A stretch of 64,000 nucleotides of DNA, from assembly GCA_951406725.2 (NCBI GenBank), contig OX597830.1, positions 38,316,001-38,380,000 of the forward strand, given 5' to 3'. The translations under genes and the position numbers were made by a program. The stretch's first letter is position 1, and each line of letters opens with the position of its first letter. The stretch comes from Octopus vulgaris (lineage: Eukaryota). The notes beneath the pieces are model-generated. The model searched no databases and had not been told where the DNA came from. It saw nothing but the letters and a program-made list of their open reading frames with translations. Shown here piece after piece: positions 39,121 to 54,087 of the stretch.

Positions 39121-39386
39121 GAACTCCTTGATTCGGATTTGGGAACACTGAAAGTGGGAGCATACCCTTTTGGCTTCTTATCACCTCTAGAATTCCGCTC
39201 CAACTAAAAGTGCTATCAAATTCAAAAGTGCTATCAAATTCAAAAGTGCTATCAAATTCAGAAATTCTTCGCTTGCATATTTTGAATTTGATAGCACTTT
39301 TAGTTGGAGCGGAATTCTAGAGGTGATAAGAAGCCAAAAGGGTATGCTCCCACTTTCAGTGTTCCCAAATCCGAATCAAGGAGTTC

Positions 39387-39438
39387 TGAGCTGACGAAAG
39401 AAATGTCGATTTGACTAATCTAGAAACGTACGTTCTCA
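39387..39438 (+). ncRNA. Type I hammerhead ribozyme motif
   Basis: tgag-CTGACGA-aaga...tcta-GAAA-cgtacg-TT-ctca: stem I tgag/ctca, palindromic stem III acgtacgt, GUU site, weak stem II. Confidence 0.7.
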
Positions 39439-39942
39439 AATAACCTTTGCACTTGATTTTTTAATGTTTTTTCCCCCATACCTTTGTGAGTTGGTTTGAG
39501 CAAACACTATCTGAGAGAGATCTTCTTTAAGTATTAGAAATAGCTAAAGAAATTTTTTTGCTGCTATTTCTAATGAGTTCAGTATGTGGCAAAGTAATTT
39601 ATTTTACTAAGCCCTTATATATAATGTAATATTTTGAATTCGCCTAAAATGGTCCCTTTACATACTGAATACTTGGTGAAATTGATTAATAATTAATTAA
39701 TTTTACCCTCAATTGTTGAAATTATAATTCATTTCTCTCTGTTTAATGCTTCGGTTTTCACCGATAAAACATAGTGTTTGTCAATTTTAACCCACGCTGG
39801 TGGAAAGGGGAGAGCAGAAATTCTTCGCTTGTATATTTTGAATTTGATAGCACTTTTAGTTGGAGCGGAATTCTAGAGGTGATAAGAAGCCAAAAGGGTA
39901 TGCTCCCACTTTCAGTGTTCCCAAATCCGAATCAAGGAGTTC

Positions 39943-39994
39943 TGAGCTGACGAAAGAAATGTCGATTTGACTAATCTAGAAACGTACGTTCTCA
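39943..39994 (+). ncRNA. Type I hammerhead ribozyme motif (second tandem copy)
   Basis: Identical to 39387-39438. Confidence 0.7.
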
Positions 39995-40275
39995 AATAAC
40001 CTTTGCACTTGATTTTTTAATGTTTTTTCCCCCATACCTTTGTGAGTTGGTTTGAGCAAACACTATCTGAGAGAGATCTTCTTTAAGTATTAGAAATAGC
40101 TAAAGAAATTTCTTTAGCTGCTATTTCTAATGAGTTCAGTATGTGGCAAAGTAATTTATTTTACTAAGCCCTTATATATAATGTAATATTTTGAATTCGC
40201 CTAAAATGGTCCCTTTACATACTGAATACTTGGTGAAATTGATTAATAATTAATTAATTTTACCCTCAATTGTTG

Positions 40276-40319
<44 letters not shown>

Positions 40320-43300
40320 TAGACTCCACATGTCTCTTGTATCAGCAAATAAAATGTTGAACATGGATTTCAAATATTATCTGACAACGCTAACATTTAT
40401 TTATTTTATACAAATAATTCTCTGCTTTCCTGCCTGTGATCCGCTTAATACTGTTTGTGTTTTAAGAATGCAATCAACAACCGTTGCTTTGCGCATGTTG
40501 TTGTTTATCCCAATAGTCAGCTTTCGTATAGCACCAGGTCTCCGGTCAAATATCTTTCACCACTTACCGTTACCTACGCATCAGTCCTCCGTTAGCATAA
40601 TGCATTGCGTTAAGATTAGTGTGTGTTGCAGGTTTCTGGCTTGGGTAATACTTGTTTTGCTTCTAGTAATTATTCATCGGGTGACTTATAATCACAAATA
40701 CGCCAGCACTAGTCATTACTAGTCATTATTTATTTATGCATATATATTCTTGTGTGTGTTTGTGTGTGTATGTCTGTTTGCGTGTTTGTGTGATTGCGTG
40801 TGGGTATGTATCTGTCTGTGAAAACACATTCTAAAGCGATTATTCTTTTTCCATGATAGGATAAAACTCGAAGGTGTTTTGGCTACTCTTTCTCAATCAT
40901 CATTCCTTTATTATAGAGGTTCCTTTCATATAAATGCATATATGTTACTAAGACTGCTATGTATATGAAATAAAAAAAAAACAAATGGGTTCCGGTGATT
41001 GTATGTTGCCTTACTTTATTAGTAATTTATAATTCGTGTTTTGGTAATTAGCGCGTCAATAATTCCCATTATAAAACACAAAAAATGAATAAATTTAGTG
41101 CAATCCTTTCACTTTGCAGTTGCTTGCCTATAGCATTATAATCAATTAGTATTGTTATAAAGTTTGTTAATGCATTATTTGGAATCGGTTACCAAGTATA
41201 TAATCATTGATATATTAAAAGATATTGCGATTCGTAGTATAAATATATCTGAATATTCCATAGTATTTTTGAATTGCCATATTGTGAAACAAACGTTAGT
41301 TCATCTAAGTACTATACTATATATATTTTACGAAATATTCCTGAAACTAGGAGACCAGAACAGTTTAACATATCAGTGTTTATAAGCATAGGAAGCTATG
41401 ACGGACATCATGATAAATTGTGAATTTAATTTTTACGTGCTTTGTCTGCAGGAAGAATATGTAACCACTCATGACTTAAAGGACCTCGTAGATCTATGAG
41501 ATTTTATATCATTAGTATTTTTCTCGAAGCATGCTAATCAGCATCATCGAAAATAGACAAGAACATGCGGGTATTCTAGAGGGAAATATTCTGTGAAGGT
41601 GGGAAGGTATAGTTATTAGTTTGATGAATGAGTGCTAGAAACAACATTGTCATGGGCAATTACAATAACACTGGGAAAATTGTGGCTATATGGCAATGTA
41701 CCTGTGGCTTATGTGGCTGCCGAGTGTCAGTGATGTTATGGATATCAGTCGAATCGCACCTTCCATTGTATACGGTTAAGCAGATATGTGCGCATAGCAG
41801 TAGCGCCGTTTCAGATGTGAAAGTAATACTTCATTATTAGCCCTATCAGTTTTTTTCCACAGTGTCAATAGTTATCAATGGTTGCAGTATCCTCTGATTC
41901 CGACGTCACCGGGAAATACAGAAGAACAAGTCATTAGTATGCGGTCCAAGCTATTTAAAGAATTTTAAGCAATTATGGAGATTTTGATTGTGAGGTAATC
42001 ATGGAGGGCGAGCGATGCTTTGATACTGTCTTGATTTGAGTAATGTCGTGCATTTTGATGTTTGGCGAGAGTATGATCGCATACTACTTACGATATAATT
42101 ACAGGTTAAGCGAAACTTGTCTGCAAGGCGATGTGGCATAATTCGCAATGTTGAAAGATGTAAGTAAGCGTAGCCTCGCCAACGAAAAATTAGACGTTCT
42201 TGGCTAGTCAGCAAGTGAGTTATTGGTAAAAAGAAGGGAGAATGTGAAGAAAGCAACAGTGACCCCTTCATAAATCCGCAACCGTGGCATTGTTGTAGAA
42301 ATTATAGATATTATTTTTTTCCAGATGTCGCAGTAATATTGGCTAATGCTATATACCTAAACCTTATGTTCCTAATACGCTTTACACGCTGTTTATTTAA
42401 CAGAAACGTAAAATTTATTATATGATTAACATTCCGTTCATGTAAAAAAAGAAATCTCCACTTCAAAAACATGCTATTTTTGTCAATGTCTGTCATGATT
42501 ATTTAGTAAAGCTGTCATATATGCCAGCAGTGGGATAGCTTATCCTACTGATTTTGGTTTAGCTTTTTACAGCTAGATGGAATTAGGTAGTTAAGTGTAA
42601 GTATTCTGGAATGTAAGTATTTACTCTTAAATCTTACTATTATGAATAGCAATTGTATAAACGTATATGAACAAAAAAAAAACACGATTTCAGTGTTTCG
42701 TATTTATTCCAGCCAAAAACTTATACGAAGTGTGTATAATTTTCCTTACCTTTATATCCTTTATGACGCATATTTGCCCGTATAACAATGTCACATAAAT
42801 AAAGACAATAACTAACTTTAGGAATCCGATCAGATGAATCTAGTAAACCAATAACAGGGGTTTCGATATGGTTTGAGAGCTTACTAAAAAATAACTCTTG
42901 TTAAATAAAAATAAATGAAATCTTCATATATGATTGCTCAACACTCAGAATTAGATAACACAAGATTGCAGAGACAAAGAAGTAAATTCTGTCAAAAGCT
43001 GTCTGGGCTAATTTGAAGGGGAAACTAAAAAGGATCGACTAAAAGATTAGCATACAAATGAGTGTGTGACGGTTGGCGTTATACGATGTAAAACACAAGA
43101 GTAACTATTTAGCTCTAAGGCTATGAAAATGCTCAGTATTTATATATATATTCATGTGCTTTATGTATGCCATGTAGTGCACGAAATAGTCGTCTGTGTT
43201 TTGTTATAATTTTGCAGATGCTTTAATTTATATAAGTTGAAATGCCTGTCCAATCTTATTTCGAAAGAGGACAAATTGCAGGCGAGCGGATAGATGCAGA

Positions 43301-44192
43301 TTTTAACCAATATCAGTAATTTTAGGCTATAAGAGTACTGACTGATTTAAGGTTTCGCCTGGTAGTCACAAAAATCATGTACGTATTTCAAAACCTTACG
43401 TAAAACTAGTTCTGGCAAACAAAAATGTGTAGGAAAGGCAAAACCCACAGAAAGGAACTGTGGAATAATGAAATGTACTGTCTAAAATCCATCAAAGTAC
43501 GATAGTAAATATGATAAAAACCTTGCCAACAGTATCCGTTCATCTGGCTTTCATAACGTTGAACAAAAAGTAAGGGCTACAATTGCTAAACCTCTCTTTT
43601 CCTTTATCAACATTGATTAGTAGAAAAATGTCCAGAGTGTCAGAAGTGTTCCATGGCTCAATAAGACAACGTCATTGTTCACACTTCTTCCCAATTTGGG
43701 TGAATTTGCATCTGGAGACAGCTTTTACTGAAATTCACCTGGCAATTAATTGGCCTATGTAACATAATTAACGCAAACAATTACTTGAGTATTTCAGTTT
43801 CTGTTTTGAATGATCATGTCCAATTTGTAGTACATATGTCATTCCTTAAAGGCATCGAATACTAATCGGATGATAATCTGTTGACCCGCATGGTTATGCA
43901 ATCAAAGATGGAGCTCAGATTACAACAGTGAAGCAGACCACGTAAAATTTTCCCGCAGTCAGTGTTAAAGAGCAGCTTTTCCCCACCATTATCAATTAAA
44001 GTGCTTAAGTAAGTTTTACTTGAAGAGTATCTCAAAATTCTCCTAACAAGTGTTCAGAGCATGTATGAATCAATTCCTGAGCATAAGAAGTAGCTGAGGC
44101 CAAATATTATATAATACGGAGTATTATTTAAAACATCGTATTAAATAATATAAACTCGATTTAACAAGGTGTTTGTTTTATTTTTCCAACAC

Positions 44193-44301
<109 letters not shown>

Positions 44302-44480
44302 ATATATATTTATATGCATATATATATTATATATGCATATATATATATACTCTTATATTATATATAAATGTAAGCATATATGTGTGTTCATTTGCGTATT
44401 TTGTATGCAGCATAAAATATTTTCGATATAATAAAGATTTTAAATATTTACGATTCAAAAATATCGAAAATGCAATATAT

Positions 44481-44665
44481 TTCTGAAATTTAAATTATTT
44501 TATTTTCGGATACGTTCGTCTGTGTCCTATACAACTCATAAACATAGCGGTGTTGATTGTTAGGATGTACAGTATATACTTTGTTACAATCAACACCACT
44601 ATGCTTATGAATTGTATAGGACACAGACAAACATATCCGAATATAAAATAATTTAAGTTTCAAAA
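44481..44665. repeat. Near-perfect ~185-bp palindrome (MITE-like hairpin)
   Basis: aaattatttttattttcggatacgttcgtctgtgtcctatacaactcataaacatagcggtgttgattgt pairs with acaatcaacaccactatgcttatgaattgtataggacacagacaaacatatccgaatataaaataattt. Confidence 0.85.
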
Positions 44666-46804
44666 GTACGATATATACTTGGGTTTGCCAGCTGCGGTTA
44701 GTATGTCACAATATGTGTACTAATATTTAAAACTAGACTCAGCTTTATTTAATTGATTAAATATTTTAGCATTAAATCAATGATTATGACACATTATGAA
44801 ATATATGCCAATGTAAATACGATTTATCCATACGGCGAAGAATCGAATTACATTGGTTTTATTTAGGCCAGCATCGAATACTGCCCAAGAAGCCTAATAT
44901 CAAAATCATTTAACAGTAATAACAAACGTCTTTTGTCTAAGTCAATATATCGATTATATTATACGAGATCAACTATTATTTGGACGAAGTCGAACTGCCA
45001 GGAAGATGCGCATTCGTTTAGGAAACAGAAAGCTTACGTTTGGTTGCCATTGCTATATCTTATTAAGTACTTTGTCTTTGTTTCAATAATTAATACAAAA
45101 ATACAGATACGCATATATTCTTTCAAGCACGTATTGATTCTGAAGACATTAAATATTTAAAGATTATTATGTCAGCATCGATTTATTCAAGAGCCGTTAA
45201 TCCTCCCATTAGTATGCATCTGATAGCGTTATTCTACTTACGTAAGAAAGTCTGCAGAGACTTAACATACCGCAAGTGTAACTGCAAAGAAAATCACGTG
45301 ATTATTCAGGAAATACAAAGATCCGTTTATGTTATCCATTGTTCAGAAGCAATTAACGGAATAACGAAATCACCGCGAATTTATGGGTAATAATTTCAAA
45401 CAGTATCAAGAGAATTTGAAATGGAGTAAAATCAATTCTAGCTGTCATTCGTAGTCCCTTCCCACATCGCCAGTCAACGATGCTTTTGATATTAATGCTA
45501 CTATTTTCGTTGGATATTATCGATTGTGTTACCAGAAAATCGACTGGATCCTAATTATTGAAATACTTCTCCGAAGTTCGTGACTTACTCAACACAAAAT
45601 CATTAACTTCACACACCAGCAAATTCACTAGAGGCATTTATCCATATCCAAATATCCCAAACGCCTCAATAACTGCTGATTCGTCGAAATCCCAACAGAT
45701 AAAAGAGAAAGTGCACAAATTTTGATCCAACATTTTACATATATCGTGATATTGTGACTTAAATATCAGTATGAATGCCGTTCTTAAAATGAACCATCAA
45801 CTAATACGCATTCTACTCCCTTTCGTGGTAGATAATGCTGACCTCAGTCAATAGTCCCAGTTCATTCATGTTGTAGCTGGAGTGGATACTTGGATAACAT
45901 CGCCGAGTTCAATCTACGTAGCTATGGTATGTATCTTAATATAATGGTATTTATTTAAACATAATTAAAATATAGAATTTATAGTTTGAATTAGACCTTT
46001 GTTTTATATGCGGTGTTTGTTTAGTTTTATATAATTTATGTTACATTCTATATTATGTACATTCCTATTAGCAAATTGCTTTGTCTAGAGACTAAACTAC
46101 GGTTTAAGTCAAAAACTTTGTCCTGCTACGAATTAAAATGTACAACGCAATGTAATTACGGACGCTGCATTATTATTTTCCGGGATAAATCTATACCCGT
46201 TGCTAGAAAAGAAAATACGTATCATAAGAATGTGATACAACACAATTGACTTTTCCAGAAAGGATAACCGATACGCATCGTAAAAAATTAGACTGCAAGA
46301 ACTTTGCGTATGTATTAATTGGATCATCTTCGTAATTTGCTCAATGCATTTTGGAAACATTTTACGATGTTTGATTTCCAGTTTGTTAACTAATATATAT
46401 ATATATATATATCTTTCGTTTTTGAATTTGGTTTGCAAGATTCTTTATATGAGTTCGTGTGTCGAAGCATATTCTGTTGTGTCTGGGGAGAGTCATTTTC
46501 TCTTTTGCTTTATAATGTACGACACTCACTGTTACATGTCCGTGTTTGTGTATTTTGCATGAATGTGTGTGTGAGCACGTGTTTTTATATATACGCACCT
46601 ATGTCTCCTTGTGTGTGCATCTCTGTGTGTTGATCTGTTTATTTTCATTTCTATATGCTTACATACGGTAAAAAGGTGCATACACACACACTCACACCCA
46701 CACCCACATATATATACATTTATCTACCTAACAGTCCACTAACTATTATACTCTACCTGTATAAACTGTGGGTATGGAGGTACCATACATATATAGATAT
46801 ATAG

Positions 46805-46855
<51 letters not shown>

Positions 46856-46865
46856 AGTATGCATA

Positions 46866-47020
46866 TACGACGGGCTTCTTTCAGTTTCTGTCTATCAAAT
46901 CCACTCATAACGCCTTGGTCAGCCCGAGGTTATAGTAGAAGACACTTGCCCAAGTTACCACACATTGGAACTGAACCTGGAACCATGTGCTTGGGAAGCA
47001 AAGTTCTTAACACAGCCATT
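46866..47020 (-). mobile_element. SINE family A head
   Basis: acgacgggcttctttcagtttc...aaatccactca...gaagacacttgcccaag...ctgaacctggaaccatgtg. Confidence 0.75.
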
Positions 47021-47962
47021 TTACGTATATACATATTACACATACATACACACATATATATATTTTGATATATAGAAAACAATGTTATTTTATTCCACAT
47101 GGATAGATATTTTTATTAATATATTTGAAGCTGTAACTGGTTTCACAGTTTACACTGATTTTCAAAAAGATCAAAGAGAAAGAAGTGGCTTATGTCGCTG
47201 CTGTCTTGCTTCTGACTAGTGTTTGAAGCTTGCCCTGTTTTTATAGGGAGTTCATAGCTCAAATTAATATACAGTTTGAATAGGATTTGTTTGGTAGTGG
47301 GTAGTCACATGACTGGTCTTAGAAAGTTTTTGTTTGGTTCCCCGCTACGTCCGTGTGTGAGAATCGAGTGACAATGTTTGGCGTCGTAAGTTAAGGCTGA
47401 CACAGTTCATTGAAAAAGTCCAAACAATCAATGCTCTGAATGTTTTCTGTCAAGTGTTTGTAGAGCATGGACACATCATTAAGTTTCTAACCTGTTGTAC
47501 GTTTCCCGCCACTGTGAGGTGACACTAACTCACGGACGCACCGGGAAACAACTAAGAATATAGTTTATCCTCTTATTCATACAAAACTCTTCTTCATGTA
47601 ATTTACTATTCAAAGACTATTTATTTACCGATTATTACCCTAATTATATTCACAATCCATTTCCCACTAAAACAACCTATAACCGTCTAATCCGGGCATA
47701 TACCAACACTGACCATAAAATAATACACAGTCTGCTGTGATAATTCTAAAATACAACTCTTAAAAACCTAACAGTATATCATTTTTTCTACCCTTCTAAA
47801 GAGGGTTTGCCTCATATAATGATTTTAATAATTGCTATTTAATCTATTAAGCTTATTTGAAACAGCTGTAAAAGACTATGAATGATTCTTGTATATAATA
47901 TATTTTATTATTAAATGTTATATCTCCATTTTCTTACTTTCTCTTTCTTTTGAGTCAAAATA

Positions 47963-48017
<55 letters not shown>

Positions 48018-48733
48018 TGTGTACATATATCTGTATGTATGTATATACACACACATATATATATATAATATATATAAATTATGTGTACGTGTTGCGTGTG
48101 TGTATGTGAGTGAGTGCAGGTATATATATGAGGCTGTTTTTTAGCCTAGAGCACATAATCAATTCTGAGAGAGCAAACCTAGCATCTCATAATTTCTGTC
48201 TGCCAGAGGCCTGAAACATTATATCCGCTCTCTATTAAAACTGAACTACATTACTCAATTAATATAGTTAAAGTATAGAGGGAGAAAGAGGTTTGCATAG
48301 TAGCGTTTAACTCATGACCTCACAAAGCAAATGCCGTACGTATTTTTATTAGTCTAATATTAACTAACATAATATATTGACTGCAAAATTTGATTTTTCT
48401 TCGTATGTCGAAGTATTTTACATTAACAAAAACAAATCAAAATATATATTATGTTATTTAATACTCTGAAAGTAATATATACGCTGATAGTAAATTAATG
48501 AATTTATTAATGGAAAATTATTTACAGATATACGATGTAAATAATAATTTTATAAGTCTCATCCTTCTTCACATGAAGTTTTAATTATAGAGTGTTATCT
48601 TCCACAATATAACTAAATATAATATCAATAGATTTTATATGCCATTAAATATCAGTAATAATATTTGTTATCCAGAAGTTCAAAGGAAATGCAATAAAAT
48701 AATTCAAATGAGTAGAAACTTAATCGGTATCAT

Positions 48734-48780
<47 letters not shown>

Positions 48781-50259
48781 ACACCCCCCACATATATATG
48801 TATATCTGTAGGTATATATATTAATAATATATACATACATAAAATAAATAAATAAATATATATGTATATATATATGTGTGTGTGTGTGTGTGTGCATGTG
48901 TGTGTGTATGTATACATTCATACCCATGTATAGTTTATACATGAATGCATATGAATATGTGTCGGGTTGTGCGTGTGAGCGTCTGCCCTGGCTTTTCATT
49001 GAATGCTACCTGAGATTTACAAAATTTTTTTTTTTAAAGTACTTAAAAAAAACAAAAAAATTCTAGAAATTTCTTCTTTACCCATGCAAACATAACGAGA
49101 CTATGAAGGGGCAACCCAGAGTTTTCTGTACAAAAGCAAATGTAAAAATGCTTTTCATTTATAGGTAAAGTATTATGCTGATAATATAATATCGTACATG
49201 GAAACTCCTTAGAATTCCTTCGACATAAACGCAAAGCTTCAATGTACTAAATTTCATTCCAAACGGGTTAGTCCACTTAGTATTAGGACACATACATGAG
49301 CACATACACAGTTAGTCACTCACTGACCCATTCGCGCACTCACTCATATACACACGCACACACAGACACACTCGAAGACACGTACATACAGATACATATA
49401 CATGCACTCACACATATGTGTATATAAATATATGCATATTTGGTTGTTTGAGAGTAATCGAGTCCTTTTTTATACATTTATGTTTTCACACAGAAAACCG
49501 TTGTTGTGTGAGAAGCGGTGTACGCAGTGAAGCATTAACTATACGTTCATGGCATAATTGCTAACCTCGAATAAGTACAACGAGATCGGTTACAACATTA
49601 GAAGGTAGAGTGTCCATAAGCCAGGAGTGTTATTACTGAAGTCAATATATAAATATATATTCTAAACTGTTATTAAGCAGTTACAACAAAGCATGGAACA
49701 ATATGGAACCTGTACTTTGTTAGATATACAAGCCAAATTTCCCTTCATATCTCTTCTGCCCATTTACAAAATAGTGAAGCAAAACATTAGACAATATAAA
49801 CATTGGAATCGTTAAAAGTAAACAAGATTGCCATGGCTGTTATTCTATTAAATAAGTTGCTAGATACAGTGTAGGAAGAAATGACAGGATGGCCATGTAA
49901 ATATTAATGATAAAGTATGAATTTCAATTTTCTATGTAGCCAAAATTGTAGAACCTATGTATAATAAAATTTCAATAACTCACGTTTGACTATATTATTA
50001 TGAAAATGCAATTAGATCCGTGTATTGTAAAACATTCAAAATGACTGTCAGCTATTACCAATCGAATCAAATGGGGGCTGATGTCTATTGTGATGTTTGC
50101 TTCCTGTCTCCATTTTAAAATTTATTTACTATTTTAGCAATTTCCGTTTTTCAACAAAAAGAATATTCGTGTTAGAAATGTTTACTCGTTGTTTGATAGG
50201 TAAACTAACGGAATAACAGAAACTTATCATGAACTTTATAATAAATAACCGTCAATTTG

Positions 50260-50675
50260 AGAGGATCGTTTGCACGCCGGAAGAAATGCTCAGGGCCATT
50301 TCGTCTCTCTTCACGTTCTATGTTGAAATTCTTCCGTGGTCAACTTTGCCTTTCATCCTTTCAGTGTTGATAAATTAAATACCAGTCAAACACTAGGGTG
50401 AACGTAATCGACCAGCCCTCTCACTCAAAATTTAGTAAAAAGGAATATTATAATCCCTATCTATGCGTCGACCTGGCTGACTCATGAGCACGCCTGGCAA
50501 AATGTTCAGCAGCATTTCGTCCGTCCTTACTCTCTGAGTTCAAATTCCACCGACATCCGATTTGCTTTTCATCCTTTCGGGTTTGACAAAATAAGTATCG
50601 ACTGAGAACTGGGGTCGTTTTAATTTATTATTCTCCTCCCACAAATTATAGTTCTGGCACCAAAATTTGAAACCA
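50260..50675 (+). mobile_element. Two tandem degenerate family-B SINEs
   Basis: Two copies of catttcgtc...aaattc...tttgc.tttcatcctttc. Confidence 0.65.
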
Positions 50676-51930
50676 CTATTTAATAAATCTTTGATCAATT
50701 ATTCCTACGTATTATTGTTTTAATGTCTTGGTTAGTTTTAAGCACAAGCTAACTAGTAAAGAAAACCCCTTTGCGGGCGCGTGGTTTTGGAATCAGTCCT
50801 ACTATACACCCTCTTGGACAAATAGCTTTTACTACAGCTTTAGGCCAAAAACTGATTTTGTGAACAAATTTGTACCGGATCGATTTATTCGAATAAAACT
50901 CGTCCAAGCGATGCCCAGGCATAACCACTGTTTTATGACAGAAACAACTTAAAGAAACGTTTAGGAAATGCTTTCATACTAAAGCAGATATCCAAAACTA
51001 ATACTCAAACAGAGGTGCATATATAATTTCTGATATACATAGTGCATGCATACATACACACCTATGAAAGTACTGTTTAATTACCTATACAAATAATATT
51101 GCACATTGATATTTAATACCCAACTGCAAAGTAACCATATAAACCGAGGCTTATATATATTTATTTATTATAATAAGATGAGAAATTAGAGAGGTAGCTA
51201 ATAAATTATTATTTATTAATTTAAAAAATTGACAAACATCTCTTACAGCTGTTTCAATTCGGACCCTCAGAAAATTAATTAATTTAAAAATTATTTGAAA
51301 GTCAAATTTCTTCGGAGGTAGATAAAGATATACAAAATAGATGTTGAATTTCCGCATATTGAGTAAACGGCTGTAAACCGTTAGCTGATTAAATGTATAC
51401 ATCAAAAACAAAGTATACAAATGCTAGAGCCCCTAGAAGTGGAGTAAGGTTGTGTATAATGGAGTTATAAAACAAAATATTCATTTGGAGGGGTTAAGTC
51501 TGTTAAGTATGATAAAGTGTTAAGTATTGTGCTATTATATGTATTATTAAATCAATATAAATTTAGTGTTTAGAGTTTAATTCAAATGTCTATAGTTATT
51601 AATATTGAATGGAGGTGGAATACATTCAGGCAATCTATTACTTATCATAAATCTCGAAATAGATAAAAGACCATTGAGAATATTGACCTAATGTTAGAGT
51701 ATATAAAAATTATAAGTAAAAATGAAGTAATATAAATCAATCAAAATAGATAGAGTAAAGAGAGACAATAGATAGTGAAAAATATGTAAATAAATAAAGA
51801 CTTATAGGTTATTATTTTTCACCCCTTAAACATTAATTATTGAGCTAGATTAATAAAGATTTGTTATTTTTTTTTAATTGATAACTAACGATTTATAAAT
51901 TACCTCTCTATATTCTCATTTTATTATATA

Positions 51931-52441
51931 CTAGCAGTATCGCCCGGCGTTGCTCGGGTTTTAAGGGAAATAACTATATAAGCATTTTTAGAGAGTTACT
52001 TCCCTTATAGATGCCAATTCGGGCTTTCTTAGCCATTTCTGTTTTGGTGTCTTCAAGCCATGAAGTCGTTGTTCTAAAAGAACGCTGATCTCCTTGACAA
52101 CGCTTTACGACGTTGATTTCCTTACACTCCCTTCCCCACAGCTTCACGAGAGAGGGAAGAAGGGGAGAAGCAAACAGGTGCAGGTATGACCATGGACGCC
52201 AACTCCGCCGCCATCGACACACGAAAAATTATGCATTAAAATGGAATAAAAAATTATGTTAAATTGTTTTTAAAATCGTAGACTCATCGTAGACGCGCGC
52301 TAATAGCCAGACAGGCTTGATATGAATAACGACTATAAGATACCCGAATTTGGGTAAACTGCACCGCAAAATGTGGGAGTAGTTAGGAATCTAAATCGAA
52401 GGGGACAGACACTCACACAACTACAGTTTTATATATATAGA
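51931..52441 (-). mobile_element. Non-autonomous Helitron (second copy)
   Basis: Reverse complement of 34701-35211, with intact TC and CTAG ends. Confidence 0.82.
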
Positions 52442-54087
52442 TATAATGAACAGAAGAAAATGAAAACATTGGCATATAGACATCGGTTTAGTCATACAGA
52501 TCCTATTTCGAACGATATCAAACTCATAGAACCTACAATTGTTTCAATATCCAATCAATGAATTCAATTTACAAAAATTAAATTATAGATTCATATTGAA
52601 GTATAGTTTATTAAACATGTGTCAGTGGTAGACTCAGCATGAAATTCAGATTCTAAGGTATTTAAAATACCTTTACTTCTGTATATGCAACTTTGTTTTA
52701 ATTTAATTGCGCGCCTGCAAGTGTTGATGCGTTGAAAAAAACAAATAAGCCGTTAGGTTGCTGCATAAATGATATTTTGATTCAGTTAATCCTAATTAAG
52801 AAGATGTATTCTTAATTTTCATTATTACTTGTGAGATTACGAAATGTCAGCAATGTTTTCTAATCACTTAAGAATTATATTGTAAGTCACCAACTTGTAA
52901 GCTCTAGTATTAGTAATTAAATACCAATTTTTATTTTTATAATTTAAAACAGAAATCACAGTAGCGTTAACCGTGTACGACATGACCATGACAAAATTTA
53001 GTCTGTATACATAAGATGGAAACTGTATATATGTTAACAAGACTTATGTACAATATATTTTTTATTATAATATCAACTAAGAATTATTTTCTAAGCTTCT
53101 TGGTTATAATTGCTAGTATTGAAAATTAAATAGTAATTTATTTAGTATAATTTAAATCATAAATATATCTATTATTTACTGCGTACTGCGTGACGATAAC
53201 GAATTCAAAACCGTTTACTGTTTGCCACAGCTGTATACTACGATGTATGCACAATATATTTTTTAAATATAATAATCAGAAAAATATACATATGACTGCA
53301 ATTGACAAATACGTAAATATTAATATAATCAAAAATAATAAATTCAATCTATTATCCAATTAATACATAGTAGGCTTTACTTTAATATTACTATTTTGAT
53401 TATAATTATAATTGTCAAAGATACATATTTATATATTTCTAGATACTTAATGTATAAGATAGTTAAATTATAGTTTTAGTAACGTTTTATTTTAATGGTA
53501 ATTCGTAAATACATATTTACAGGCTATACTTCCCTCCTTTTTGGTGTTAAGAATCTTATTCTAGAAGTCAAAATCTGAAATAATTCTCCAATACAAAGAT
53601 TACAATTAGTGTCTCCAATTGTATAGGCAATAGTATGGCTTATTATTTTTCCCTGTGCTATACTTTTTATTCTTGTCCTTCAACTCCGAAAGAAATTTGC
53701 TAGGGGGACTTATTTTCTACTATTAAAAGTGTATTGGTGGTTGGCAATACGTATTTTAATATAATTTTCCGTTGAAACGATATGAAATTAGTTTTTACCA
53801 TCATATTTTACTTTCCATCTATATAATACGTTTTTGCTTTTGTTTGCAATATTTTTTAAACAGTTATTTCTAAATTTGCTATCACAATATATATTTTCAT
53901 TTTTATTCTTATTTCTATTTTCATTTATAGAATTGCATTCATTATTATTGTTTATACCTTTACTCTTTAGGTTATGATGGGCTTAAACATGGGTTGTTTC
54001 CCTTTTTGCTTTTGGAGGTTTATTAGTATATTCTTTACTGCTATTATTATCAGCTTTTTTGTTCTACAAAGTATTATTATTATTATT

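Larger units (their letters stand above)
38878..40277 (+). mobile_element. Non-coding retrozyme-like element: 556-bp tandem unit (~1.8 copies) plus inverted 5' segment 38878-~39260, in (TA)n
   Basis: 39260-39720 repeats 556 bp downstream at 39816-40277. 38878-39225 is the reverse complement of ~39280-39630. One hammerhead per unit; (TA)n flanks. Confidence 0.85.

Noticed and set aside
48145-49330. Possible old Helitron remnant
   Set aside because: Only vague terminal resemblance; ends could not be defined.
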